The notes under the pieces: generated by a model
Told to the model about the DNA's origin: nothing
Databases searched by the model: none
The model's input: the letters and a program-made list of their open reading frames with translations, nothing else
Translations under genes and position numbers: made by a program
From: Camelus dromedarius
Lineage: Eukaryota
Direction: 5' to 3'
Assembly: GCF_036321535.1 (NCBI RefSeq)
Contig: NC_087437.1
Span: 15,998,001-16,062,000, forward strand
Length of the DNA: 64,000 nucleotides
Part shown: piece by piece, positions 48,690 to 61,114 of the stretch
Layout: every line of letters begins with the position of its first letter
Numbering within the stretch: the first letter of the stretch is position 1

Positions 48690-49840
48690 TCACTAATATA
48701 AACAATATTGCCATGAAAATGCTCAGACATACCTTGGGGGCACATAAGCTTGTATTTGTGGAGGAAATTCCCCTAGAAACAGAATCGTTGGATTGCTGGG
48801 TACAGGCACTCAGAAAGCCAATCGATACTGCCAAAGTGCCTCCTCTGAGGACTCGACCGGGCTACACCCCTACCAGTGGTGCACACTTTGCTTCTCCGCG
48901 TGCTGGCTCAACTGGATATTATCCAGACTTCTAGCTTTCACCGTTTTGACTGATCGATCTCCAGTAATTTTGACTGGTACTTCCCTCATTATAAATTAGT
49001 GTGTATTTTTCATTTATTTATGGACCAATTTATTTTGTCTTCTGGGAACTGTTTATAACCTTTGCCCTTTTTCTATTTTTAAAAATTGGTTTCTAGATGC
49101 CATAATTATTTGTGACACCTTGCCCCCCTGCCCTCCACTTATTTTTAACTCTTATGGACACATGTAGGTTTTTGGGGGTCCATTATCAAGGTTAATTTTT
49201 TAGCTCAAACCTGATCATCTTTTTCTTTCTGGTTTTGAGGGAGTATATATTGACTTTTGCCTGGGTTTTATATATGTCCTTCCCACTCTAAGGTATAAAA
49301 ACCCTCTCTTCTATCATTTTGTTTTAATTCTTTACATAGAATTTATTTTTAGCTCTTTCCTCCATCTGAAATTCATTTTTACATAGGATATGATATTGAT
49401 ATTCTTATTTCTCTTATTAAAAATAAGACCCTCTCAACCCTACCTGTGTTGTCCTCATGTTAGTGAGCTGCCTCTTTTATTACAGACTAAATACCTGCAC
49501 ATACTGATTTGTTTTCTTTCTCATTGATTGTTTTGGTTTTTCTGGCATGAGCTCTGAGCTGTTCTAAAGATAGTAGCTTCATAATATGTTTCAGTAACTG
49601 GTAAACCAAGTCTGTACGTATTATTCATTGTCCAAATATCTTGCCCATTCTTAAACATTTTTATCTTCAAGATGAACTTGTAATCAGCTTGGCACAGCTC
49701 ACTGAATAATACTATTCGGTTGGGACTGGGATAGCGTTGAGTGTATGGATAACTTTGGAGAAGACCATCACCTTTATGATGTATACCTCTTCCTTTAGGA
49801 GCATGTGTTCAAGTCTTCGTTTGTGCCCTTCAGTGATGGA
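48690..49840 (-). mobile_element. Ancient L1M/HAL1-like fragment
   Basis: AT-rich antisense LINE-like text: 'aacaatattgccatgaa', 'ggattgctgggt', 'gatgaacttgtaatcagcttg', 'tggataactttggag'. Confidence 0.6.
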
Positions 49841-52324
49841 CAGAGGCAGCACAAGTTTCTTTTAGAATAGAAGTCGGTGCTTGGGGGGTTCTTCTGTGCA
49901 TTCCCAGGGAAAATCAAATGAGTAATCCATGACTCTGGAACCCATAGTGTCTTCCCAGCTATTCTTTTGATGCCATCCTGTTATACAGACTCTAAAAAAA
50001 GATGGAGAATTATGACAACTGGAAAAATTCTGTCCCACAGCGAGGGGGCTTTTGGTCTTTTCTGACGAATTGTGGAGATGCAGGCCTCTTTCATGGGTAC
50101 CACCTTCTTTCTGGGGATGGTGGAGAGAGAAGACTGCTCATTGTGCAGTGGCCTTGACACCTCTTCCCAGCTACCACTGCTGCTTCCTCACTCCCACATG
50201 CAGTTGTCTGGTCCAGTCTGGTCCAGATGATTATCTTCTTTTAAAAGCTACCCTGAAGATCCATGCCCATCCCTCGTCAGTACCTTGTATCTGAGAGTTC
50301 ACAGTTGGCCATGCTCTGTGTGCTGAGAGTACTTCGGGGAAGCTGAGAGGCTTTACCTGCAAGGCTCCCATCATGTGTGTGCCCCTCATCCTTGACCAGT
50401 CAGTGACTGCCAACCCCATATCAAGACACATAGCATCAGTTTCCTTGTTCTAAATTTCTCTGCAGCTCTCAGTCTCCACACTTGCCTCAGCACCAGGGGA
50501 AATCACCAAGCTCTGGACTGTCAGGACATGCTAAATCAGATGAGTGGTTTGGGGTTGTTCAGGGTCTGGATGTGCATCAGTTAGGAATGACGTTCCAGAC
50601 CTAGTTGCTCTGTGGGAGGCTCTGTCCAAGTAAGGTCTATCCCTTTGTGCCAAAGACTGAAGTGTGTCCCAATGTCCTCTGACTTCAGGAAGATTCTAAT
50701 TGGCTGAGACTGTTGCCTCTGGTAACAGAAAGCATCTTGGAACCTGCCTTGCCAGGATGTGGCCTAGTGTGTGATTCTTCAGCAGGAAGGCCTATGGGAC
50801 CTCTATCTCTGGGGACCACCTGAGCCAGAGATGCCATGCCAGGGCCTGGGAACGTAAAGTCTAACCCTGACTGGGGTGGGAGCCCTGTATACAGGCCTGA
50901 GAGGTCCCATAGAGAAGATGTCTTCCTGCTTCAGAGGGCCTTTGGGTCGACGGTTCTGGACGCAGTGTCTTTTGCTCGCTGTACAGGTGTGCACGTGGTC
51001 ACTCTCTCTGCTCCAAGGTGGAGTGGATGGCCAGGGATTCCTGGGAGACTCTACCGGACAGTCTTCTGTGCATGTAGAGTGCACTAAGATACACTGATGC
51101 TTCAACATACATTCTGCCATTTGATCCCCTCGCCGGTGGGAAGAGGGCAGTGGCCCTCCATGTCCCCGCAGCACAGTGCCTGGCGCTTTGCAGGCCTGGG
51201 GGCATGGGGGTGCGTTTACAGCGGCCTTGTCACTCAGTGGTCTGTGTAGCTGCTGGGCTGGTGCCCAGCTCCCCTGCAGACTTTGAGCTCCTCAAGGTAG
51301 ACAACAGAGAGCTTTTCATACTGTATGTAATCTTTCATACAGGGCATAGCACACAGTGGGGCCGCAGTCACACAGGGAGACAGATCAGTCAAGAATCCAT
51401 GACAGGTTAAGCTCAGAGAGCGTGAGTGACCTGCCAAAGCTCACCAAGCTGGCACTTAGCCCGATTTTCTCTTAGTGAATGAATCCAGGACACCTCTCAA
51501 CACTCCAGAAAGCCCTGAGGCCTCACTTCAGGGCCAGGAAAGAGGTCTTGAAGGCTACATCTTTAAGGTGACATGACCTGTAGCTCTCTTTGACTTGAAG
51601 TGTCCCTTGGAATCTGAGGTGGGAGTCATGTCAAAGCTTCCCTCTCTCTGGCCTTGCCGTGGGCCACAGATAGAAGACTCCACCTTCTGCCCCTCCCCTA
51701 CACGGGCAGTGGCACAAGGTGCCTGTTAACACATTCCTACTGAGACACACTGCTCTGGGGTACAGGGGCCTCAGCTGTCCTCCAAGGGCTTCTGCAGCCC
51801 CGTGGAAACCTAGACACCCAGGCTTCAGCTTAGGCCAGGTAGAGGGGCTGCCTCTTTTCCCAGAAGGTGAAATCCACTCCCTGTCTCCCAGACAATTAGC
51901 GCCACTGAAGCAGGAGAAACAAGAAATACTTTCTACAAACATTGGTGTTTGGTGAAACGTGTAGCACTCGTTCTTTGATGCTCCCGAGATCCCTCTCAGC
52001 AGGGTCCCTCCTTGTTTTGACTAGTCATTTCTTCTTATTACTAACTGTTATGATTAGGAGAATTGCCTGAGTACAGGCCCAGTATTTCTAAGACCCTAAT
52101 GAGCCACAGACGCAGACGTGCTCAGCACGGCCTGGAACCACGGTCGCTCTGTTCCTACAGGAGAGCTACTGAAACGACTCAGGAATAAGAGCTTCCCATC
52201 TCCACGAGAGACCCGCCTCCTACCCCCCAGCACCCAGCTGCATTTGCAACACACCTGCACCTTGCACCTTTAGGCGCCTCCATCCTGGGTGAAAGTGTTT
52301 TTAAGGATGCACTTTGGAACCATC

Positions 52325-52520
52325 GAGGCCTGTACTCAAGCCTTGATTCTGGCACTCACCTGCCACATGGTTTAGGCAAGTTATTTAATGTCCCTGAGCT
52401 ACAGTTTCCTTATTGTAAAATAGGGATTATAGTTCCTACCTCATACAATATTGGAAACATGAGATTTCAGCCAGTAATGTGCCAAAATGCCTAAGATAGT
52501 ACTTTGCATATAAAGTTTGT
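52325..52520 (+). mobile_element. MIR SINE
   Basis: 'ggcaagttatttaatgtccctgagctacagtttccttattgtaaaatagggattatagttcctacctcatac'. Confidence 0.85.
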
Positions 52521-53378
52521 TATTAAAATGAAATTCAGAATTCCATACAGAATTCTGTTGAAATGTAGACCACAGCCATCTCTCTGATCTTGCAGATGAT
52601 CCTTGTAGACATCTACTCCAGGCAAAGTACCGAAAGTAATCGCTCCCTCTGTGGCGTGAAGCAAACAAGTTCCACCAAATCAGAGCCTTGTCCTTCGATG
52701 TCAATGCAGATGGTACAGATGTCCATCTGCAGGAAGGTTAGGTCCCTGGGGTTTATTTTAAACTGGTTCAGAAGGTGACATAAAGGTGACTATGGGAATG
52801 TTAGAGTCCCAGGGCAGTGAGGAAAAGTAAATCAGCCTGATTTCCTCAGGTGTCAAGATCCTCTCCTCCATGCTCCAGAGGGGCAGCCTGCATTTTGAGG
52901 GGAGTAAACAGGATGCCTGGGCATGCAGTGGGACAGACATGACACAGTTTTCCAGTCCTACGCCTCAGGCCCCCAGCACAACCCCCTCTTTGGAAGAGAC
53001 ACCTCAGAACTTCAGACACTACCATATTCACATGGAGTAAAACAGTGTTCCGGTTGTGTGGTGCTCATCACTCACCAATGATAGACCTGTTTATCCCAAA
53101 GACCTCAAGCCTCTCTAAACTCCCCTACTGGGCGGAGGGTGCCTCAGCGGTCTGTCCATTCGATGCCACTGCTTTCCACCAGGTCCCTGATAACTCACTC
53201 TTGGTTTCCTGACATGACCTCAGTCACTTCTCCCTGCTCCCAGTAAGACTGTACAACTTGTGCTGTCACCAACCCCTGTTACTGTGGCATTACTGGTGCC
53301 TGACATAATCTTTAGGAGCTGTCCACTGCCATCCAGGGAACCCCACCCAGACAAAGGGGTGGGAGCTCCCAGGCTTGT

Positions 53379-53399
53379 GCCCCTCTCCAAGGTGCTGAA
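53379..53399 (-). promoter_or_regulatory. Candidate RE1/NRSE (REST binding site)
   Basis: The minus strand reads TTCAGCACCTTGGAGAGGGGC against the consensus TTCAGCACCACGGACAGCGCC. Both half-sites are present at the canonical 2-bp spacing. Confidence 0.6.
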
Positions 53400-54994
53400 T
53401 CAGCATGGACCACTGGGTCAAACCCTTTCCTCTAGCACAGTGGTTATTCTCCAGTCTCTCCCAGGAAATTTATACCTAGTGAAGGAATGATGGAAGAGGA
53501 ATTAGTGTCTCAGGAGGGAAAGAGAAATTCTGTAGAGAGAGAGAACTGAACTTAGGCTGAGTGTCAAAGCTACACATGGCCACCAAAGAGAATAAAGAGA
53601 GATCTTTGTTTGTTTGTTTTGACGCTGTTTTCAAATAGCCAGTTACCAAAGAAGGAACCACAACTGAACGTGAAGCTGACTTTGTGTTTATTTGGTAAAC
53701 CTACTTCCTTTCTAACAGTTGCAAACTTTCCCTCTTTTGGCTGCCATTACCCTCCAGTCCTTCCTGTTTTCAGCTTTGTGTGCTGTGTTGAGAGCAAAGG
53801 CGTAACAATCAGCCTGACTTGGTTTCCTGCATATTTTGCCTCCATAGAAAACCTCTTCAGACCTCCATAGCCCCCAGTCCCAAGTCTGCCTCTTCTCCTT
53901 GATTCCTGCCTCTCCATAAAACCTCAAAGACTGTTTCCCTTCTCTTAGAAGCCTTCTGGTCACTCAGACATGGTTCCTTTAAGTAGCTGTGTCACAGTGA
54001 GCAACGGATAAAGAGGTGTCCTGATAATAATACCACTTTTGATAACCAGTCCTGGACCACTCCTCCCATGTCTTTCAGCCCCTCACAGCACTCTTCTCTT
54101 GCCATCCCTATCCCAGGGGTCATTTTCTAATCTCCCATCTCTTCTTAACCCTGAGCCCACTAAAATATGCAATCAGTTTTTCAAACTACATTATTGACTC
54201 CTCTCAGCCATGAGAACATTACCTCTGCATTCTTCTGACTCACAGTATTCACGAGTCTTGAGGAACACATGTCCTTCCTGATTCATGCCCAGACTTTATC
54301 ACAGTCCTCTTTCTTAAAGGAAGATTGAGTAGAGAACTCAGTTTGCCGTAGGAGTAAAGGAGGGGCTTCCCTGCCCACAAGAGAAGGGAGAACAAGCAAG
54401 ACCAGATAACCGTTGTCAAAGCCAGATCACCTCTTGGGAGGCCAAGAAGCATCTATATAGGTGCACACCAAGGTTTTTAGCCCAAGAGGTAAAAAGAACT
54501 GGACCTATTCTGGAGATGCAGCCCCATGCCCAAGACCAAGGCTCAACCTAGGGTGTGCTTGCAAGGGTTAGGTGGCCTAGAGGGTATAGACGGGAGCAGA
54601 TAACTTTCAAGGTGCTTCTCCCCAAGTACAGCTCCAGTCTTGTGGGCAGGATACCCAGACACCATCTCTGAAGAGTTTGCTCTGCATTGGTCTTACCTTT
54701 TCTGAGACATTTGTAACTCTTTGTGTTTCTGTCACTTGCTTTGATCCTTAGCTGTATGTGTCCACAATTCCCAGTACTCCATAGGTAAGGGGCCTGGCTT
54801 CAGTAGTAAACATCTGGTTCCCCCAACTCTACAGGTGGTAACCTCTATATCTTTATGACTCTCACCATGCTCAGCACAGTTCTGAGCATGGGGGTTCTCT
54901 GCTCAAGGAATGAGTGGCTGAATTAGATCAGTCATAATTCGATGAGCAGGTTAGGGTTTCAGATCATCCAATAATGATAATACTAACACTAATA

Positions 54995-55112
54995 GCAGCT
55001 GACATTTACTGAGTTTCCGTGTACCAGCCACGATCTAAACTCTTTGGGCTTATTATCTCATTAAATCCTCAAAACTACCACTTTTCCAGATGGGAAAATT
55101 GAGGCATAGAAG
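54995..55112 (-). mobile_element. MIR fragment
   Basis: 'agctgacatttactgagtttccgtgtaccagcc...tctcattaaatcctc...agatgggaaaattgaggcataga'. Confidence 0.75.
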
Positions 55113-57006
55113 TTCTTCTTATTAAGATTTGCCAACAAGAGAATTTTTTTTTAACTTGGTTGCTTTGAACACTTAGGAAGTTCATTGGTTGATGTCAGTG
55201 ACCCCTCAGAGTCTTTGACAACATGTATATGTTGAAGCATGTGTTCACTCTCCTGAAGAAAAGTTTGTTGCTTTCTTCAGATTCTCTAAGGGGTCAGGAC
55301 CCCATCTCTGGCCTGATGCAGCCTAATCCCAGCCTGCATGATGGTCTCCTAGGAGATCATTGCCTCACCATGGTTGTCACTCTCAACATGCTCCCTGTGG
55401 GGAGGGGTCCAAGGACACAGATCCTGGCTGCTGAAATGCAGTTAGCTGGACATGCCTGCTCTGTCCCTTGGACCAGCCAGAAATTCACATCTAAATCCTG
55501 AATCCAGGATGTTGGTCTTATTAAGATTCCTGATAAAAGAATTGGCTTTCAGGGCTCAACTGTCTTTAGCAGATTTTCCCTTTGATTACTCAAGAGTGTC
55601 TACAAATACACTCATCTACTCTCTCCCACCCACTCTGTCTCTCTACTCTTTAAAAAAAAAATCATCTGGCCCAAAGCACATTAAGAAACAGGAGATTCTG
55701 TCTCAATATGGCAACACTTGGGCTAGCCCTTGGCTCTAAAATAATCCCTTCTGCTTAACTCTTTGAAGTCCCAGTGCCATCCATGTATGCAGGCTGAACC
55801 AACCTCTCCGGCACATCCTGGAAGACACTGGAGACCCATCCCCATAACACAGAATCCATCATGTTCCTCCCACCCAAACAGAGAATCACAGCTCAGCAGT
55901 TTTCCCATCCTTTAAAAGATCTCAGTTTTCCAAGCCCTTTTAACAGGAAGCTTTCATCAGTAGTAACCGTGGCAACAGATCAGAGAAGCTTCAAAAAGCC
56001 TGTCTGTATGTAATTAAGAAAAACGAGGACACGGATGCAGGAGCAGGGAGCTTTGACAAGGAGACCTGGCTCAGAGCCCTGTCAGTGCACTTCCCAGGGG
56101 CTTCTGAGACTGAAGAAAGCAGATTTTTTTCCCCTCTGGTATCCCTCTCTAGACCCCCATTAAATTTTTTGTTTGCTTGTCTCAATTGGCCTCCTTCCTG
56201 AGGATGTTGCTGGGGACCCTGGTGCTGGACAAAAATCTTCTCTGTTGGGTGTGGGTCCCCAACCCAGGGAGCGCAGCCTAGATGTGTAGGAAGTGGCCCG
56301 AGCATTTCCTCCAGGGAGATTTATTTGGAGGCCAACACGGCTCTGGTCAGACTCTGCTCAGGCACAGGAGAGTCTGAGCTGCCTGCTTGCAGGAATGCAC
56401 CCTTGTCATTAGGACAATGGCGCACAGACTTCAGACTATCATTGTCTTAGCTGCCAGACCTGGGCTTGGTCACCTGGTCTGGAAGTGGCCTCTTGGAAAA
56501 AGGGGCAGGAGCTGAGCATTGCAGGGAGGCAGTCTGAGCCTGGGGGCTGCTTTATTTCCTGACACTTGTTTTTATCTGAAACTGTCTCCTTTATCTCTAT
56601 GATTCCTTCCTTCCTGTCAGTTTTCTCTTGTCATCTAAGTTCCATGGGAGCAAGAGCTCATCTGTTTTGCTCTTTTCCATCCCTGAGTGCCCAGAACAGT
56701 GCAGGCAGTGTTTGTTAAAGGACTGAGCAAGTGAGTGAGTGAATAATGAATGTGCTGTGAGCTCAGGCACTGTGCTGGCCTCTGAGACAACAGGACACGT
56801 GTTCAAGTTCTCCTCGCTGACAAAGTCCGCTCTCCAGGGAAGGCCCTTAACGTCTGCTCCTGCTCCTTGGAAGGAAAGGGTTCAGATTTATGCAGCCCTG
56901 GACTTAAAACCATGGCCCCCATAGAACCCCGTTCATGCCCCACGGATGCATTTGCTCTGAGTGCAGCCCTGTGTGAGAGGTGGTGGCTTCATATGAAGGC
57001 TGCTTC

Positions 57007-57587
57007 TGAGACAGGAGGGACGGGCACAACCATGGAAGAAATGACACAGCGGTTGAGGACAGGTGACACTGGTTAGAACCAAGATGGTGGAAGACTCGAC
57101 TTCCAGTAGACCTTGAGCCTCATGGCACAGCCACAGGTGCCGTGACAGTTCCCAGGCTGACCATAAAGGTCCAAAACTGGGTGAAGGCCAATTCCTGGAA
57201 ATCCCCGCCCCTTCCCCAATGTAGTTAGAATAATCCTCCCACTCGTTAGCATATGAAATTACTGAGCCCGTAAAAACAAACAGCTCCACACCTCGTGGTC
57301 ACTCTCTCTTGCCTTCTAAGACGGCCCGCACTCTATCTATGGAGTGTGGATGTGCTTTTACTTTAAACTAAACACGCCCCCACCTCTCGGTCTCTCTCCC
57401 TCTTGCCTTTCTGAGATGGCCCACATTCTGCCTTTGGAGTGTGTGTCTCCTAAGCCGTTTTCCCTCCTGAGACAGACCCCACTCTGTCTGTGAGTGTGTT
57501 TCTCTCTAAATAAACTTGCTTTCACTTTACCATGCCTTGCTCTTGAATTCTTTCCTGAGCGAGGCAAGAACCTGTTCTCTGGCAACG
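57007..57587 (+). mobile_element. ERV1 solo LTR, MER41-like
   Basis: Starts TGAGACAGGAGG and ends GGCAACG (the expected CA reads CG). The 4-bp flanks are cttc/tttc. It has a MER41-type block 'ttcctggaaatccccgccccttcc...gaataatcctccc...ttagcatat', AATAAA at 57509-57514, and U5 'tgaattctttcctgagcgaggcaagaacc'. Confidence 0.85.
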
Positions 57588-58099
57588 TTTCTAAATAAAC
57601 ATGACAAATCCTTCCTGGAAACCCACTGCTTTTCTTCTTAAGTGGGAAGCAAATGAATAGACGTGGAGAAAATGTTGACCAGGATGGGTCTCCCCAGTGG
57701 CCATGGACACCGACACATCAGGGACAGGGCAGGCCTCTCCCAACTAGCTCCTCACCTGCCACCTTTATCTCAGCGAAGCCTCTCCTGCTCAGTCACAAGC
57801 AGGGTCCTCACTGCTCCTGCTGCTGCATCCTCCCTCAGCCCCACCGCAGGGCATCCTGTCTCGTGCTGGAGAGGGGTGCTCACACGTGCCCTAAAGCCGT
57901 ACACACTGAGCAGAGGTTGAAAACCGGTGGAATGCCAAAGTGCCAGGCATGGGAATCACAGAGACCACCCAGCCACCAGCCCCTGCTCACCAGGAGGCCA
58001 CAGCGTGGTCAGGACGCAGAGGAAGAGTGCATCACAGTGCAATGGTGGAGTCTGAGTTAGGCGTCTCGAAATGGGCTTATGGAAGCACAGGGGGTGAGT

Positions 58100-58520
58100 G
58101 CGTGACTGTGGGATCAGGGGAGCCTCCTAGTGGAGTGGGTGCTAGATCTTGAAGGGTGAACAGGAACTTGGCAAATAGGTAGAAGGAAAAGAATTCCAGG
58201 CAGAGGAGAGCACGCAGGGCAGAGCCTCAGGGACTTGAAGAAAGATTAGCGTGCACGGGAAGTCGCAGGAGTCTCCCTATCGGTCCCAACATGAGGGGCG
58301 AGGGCCAAGTGGCTGGAGAGGGGATCAGGAGCAGCAAGACCACACAGGGGCTTGAAGAACACGGAAACGAGGGGAAACTTTTGAATAATAGGTCTGAGCA
58401 GAAAATGCTACGGTCTCATGTCCATTTTGGAAATCACTCCCTGGCAGAAAGGAGTGGATGGGAGAGATGCCAAGTGATGTCGGAGAACTGGTTAGGAACC
58501 TTTGCAATTGGGCAGGAAGA
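58100..58520 (-). mobile_element. L2 fragment
   Basis: 'agatcttgaagggtgaacaggaacttggc...aattccaggcagaggagagcacg' and 'cattttggaaatcactccctggcag'. Confidence 0.65.
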
Positions 58521-60279
58521 GTGATGAGGCTCATCACTGGCAGGCGACGGGGAAAGGAAGGGAAAGACCGAGGAAAGGAGATGGAGCTGACAGACTGTGT
58601 GTCGGGCTCTCCCGTTCCGCCTGGCAACAACGCAGGGTACGGGAAGGTAAGGACTGAATTGTGTTCCCTGGATTTGTTAAGTAGAAGTCCCCCCTCCCCC
58701 AAAAAAAGGCAGACATGGCAGAGGAGTGAGAGTAACCAAGCTGTAGTTGGCTGAGCTGGGAGCGAGGACAGCCCATAAGTGTGACTCCACTTTGGGAAAG
58801 CTTGGCTAGAAAGTGAAGAGAGGACATGCCATACAGAGAAACGCCAGGGAACCATGTGTTGATTTTAAAATGGCAACGACTTAATGCAGGTTTAAGGAGA
58901 CAAGGTGGAGTCAGGCGAGAGGCTGAGGTTGAAGTGCAAGGGAGAGAGGAGGTAACTGAAGGTAAGTGAGGTCTCCACAAAGAGTGGGAGGAATGGGTGG
59001 TCCCTCTCCCTGTCGATGCTTGCTTCTGCCCCTCTGCCCAAGGCTGCTTTCTGAGTGGCAGCCTCAGACTGCCTGGAGGATGCAGTAAGATAACTTGGTT
59101 AAAGGATTTACCCCGTGCCTGGAGTGCAGCAAGTGCTCGGTGAATGTGATGGCTGTGAGTATGAGAAACAGTGGCCTGTGGCTGGGGCTAGGCTGTCTGC
59201 CGTGACGATGAGACAGGCATCGATGGCAGTGACCCCGGGGAGCCTGTGATCGGAGCCTGATCAGTCTGAGCAAACAGACATGACTAAGACAGGCACCAGC
59301 CAATATGGACGTTAATGAGCAGTGTGGCGTGAGAGGAGGCTGGCCAGGCCCAGCAAAAGCCCACCTCGGGTGGTCCTGACTGCCCTCCCAGTACTCGTTG
59401 TGTGCTGATTCAAAAGAGCTGGCTGTTTTTCCCTGAGCAGAGGGGTGGGGAATTCTTGAACACTATTTGCAAGACATCAGTGAAAATGCTTCAGGAATCC
59501 TGCCCTGTGACAAGCGTGCCTGAATGTTGTGCTTTAGCTCCGGCCTAATAGGCTTTGTAGAGTACGGTACTGATTTTCTTTCACGTTTTAATAGAATCCG
59601 ATTTAATATTTGCTTTCTGCTCTAGCTGCTAGCTGTTGACTGATTCAACACAGAATCCTTCCCTAGTGCCCCTCGACCTTGTTGTCATTCCCTCATTTTG
59701 TGTGTTGGCATTTGATTCCTGTCTCTGGCAGGAACCGATTTACATGTGTCTTCGTTCAGCTGGCGACAGTCACGTACATGATAACGGAACGCATTACTGT
59801 CCAGAGCCGCTGCTCCAGCAGACCCTACCATTCGGGAGCGGGGGGCTTCCAGGCAGGATTTGTTTCCGTCAGGTAGACACTGAGGATCAGCAGAGCTCAT
59901 CCGGGGAACTCAAGCCTATGCTCTGTCCTGTTTTGGGGCAGGAGACTCTCCAGCTTAATCTCAAAACACTCAGGACTGCAGCCATTAATTCAGCAACATT
60001 TTGCCCCCTGAGTAGGTACCAGCTTTCTGGAGTTTTGTAACAAGGCATCTCAGCCTTTGCCAGAGTGTGAACAGAAGCTCTGGACAGAACTGTCTAGAGG
60101 GAGGAGGCTGCCGTCCTGGAGTCCCAGGGAGCCTGGCTGGTTTGTAACGGACAGTCTGTTCAAGTGTCCTGCTATCTGTGAATAGATCTGACCACCGACC
60201 TTTGGACTAGCATATAGCGTAAGGCCAGCCTTTCCCTCAGTAGAAAAAGATCGTTTCACCGGCAGGCGGCACAGGGCTG

Positions 60280-60470
60280 TAGTTGAGAACGTGAGCTTTG
60301 GAGTCAGGCAAATGTGGTGTCCATGCTGACTTCAATGCTCAGAGACCATGGGCTCTTTAGCCAATCCCCATTTTCAACGTTAGTTTCCCTTCCTATAACC
60401 TGAGTTCACTGTTGTATCTTCCCAGTAGGGTTCTTGAGGGGGATGAAATGCACGCGAAGTGGCCAGCAGA
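60280..60470 (+). mobile_element. MIR SINE (degenerate)
   Basis: 'tagttgagaacgtgagctttggagtcaggc...agggttcttgagg...gatgaaatgcacg'. Confidence 0.55.
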
Positions 60471-61114
60471 GGGTCTGGGACACACCCTTATACTCTTTTT
60501 GAGTCATGGTGTCAAACATGGTCTCTGCGTGAACCTCCCTGGCGTCTTGTCTTCATGCACCAAAGCTTGCGTGATGTGAATACTCATCTCTCCAGGTGTT
60601 CTGGCAGCCTGTCCTACAGAGAAACACTCCCACTTCCATGCACGCCCCGTGCGGATTCCAGGTTGGGAGATTTTTATGCAGGAGGCCAGCATATATTGGG
60701 GCTTATGAGGGGGTCACTCCTATGCCTGAAGCCTTGAGTTCTACACCCATGAAGAAAAGAAGGAATCTAATAGGTGTGCCCTGTTACTGATGCTAAAGCG
60801 GGCTGGAGGATGCAGCTTGGTCCTGAGAACAAAAGGGCTTGTAGCCAGGTCCTCCATCCTCCTCTCGCTTGGCACATAGGATTCAAAGAAGGAAAACCCT
60901 AGTGGGGACGACTGAAAGGGGAGTTGGGGACAGGTTGCCGTCTTCATCCATCATTTTTTCTCCGAATGGATTGGAGCGTGGAGATTTAGGGTTGAGGGAG
61001 GAGACGGAGATGCATGTATGTGATGAGGTTGGAAACACCCCAAAAGCGGATGAAGGGATGCTGGGCAAGGCACTTCTGTCCCGCCTCACCAGGCCTTTCT
61101 TTGTCTCCCTACAG

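Larger units (their letters stand above)
36586..61114 (+). other. EPHB1: EPHB1 intron between the two exons (24,529 bp, GT-AG, phase 1)
   Basis: Starts gtaagt and ends tttctttgtctccctacag. Candidate branch point ctcac at about 61085-61089. The protein is continuous (ACT-S-VPSG) across the junction, so no further coding exon is needed. Confidence 0.93.
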
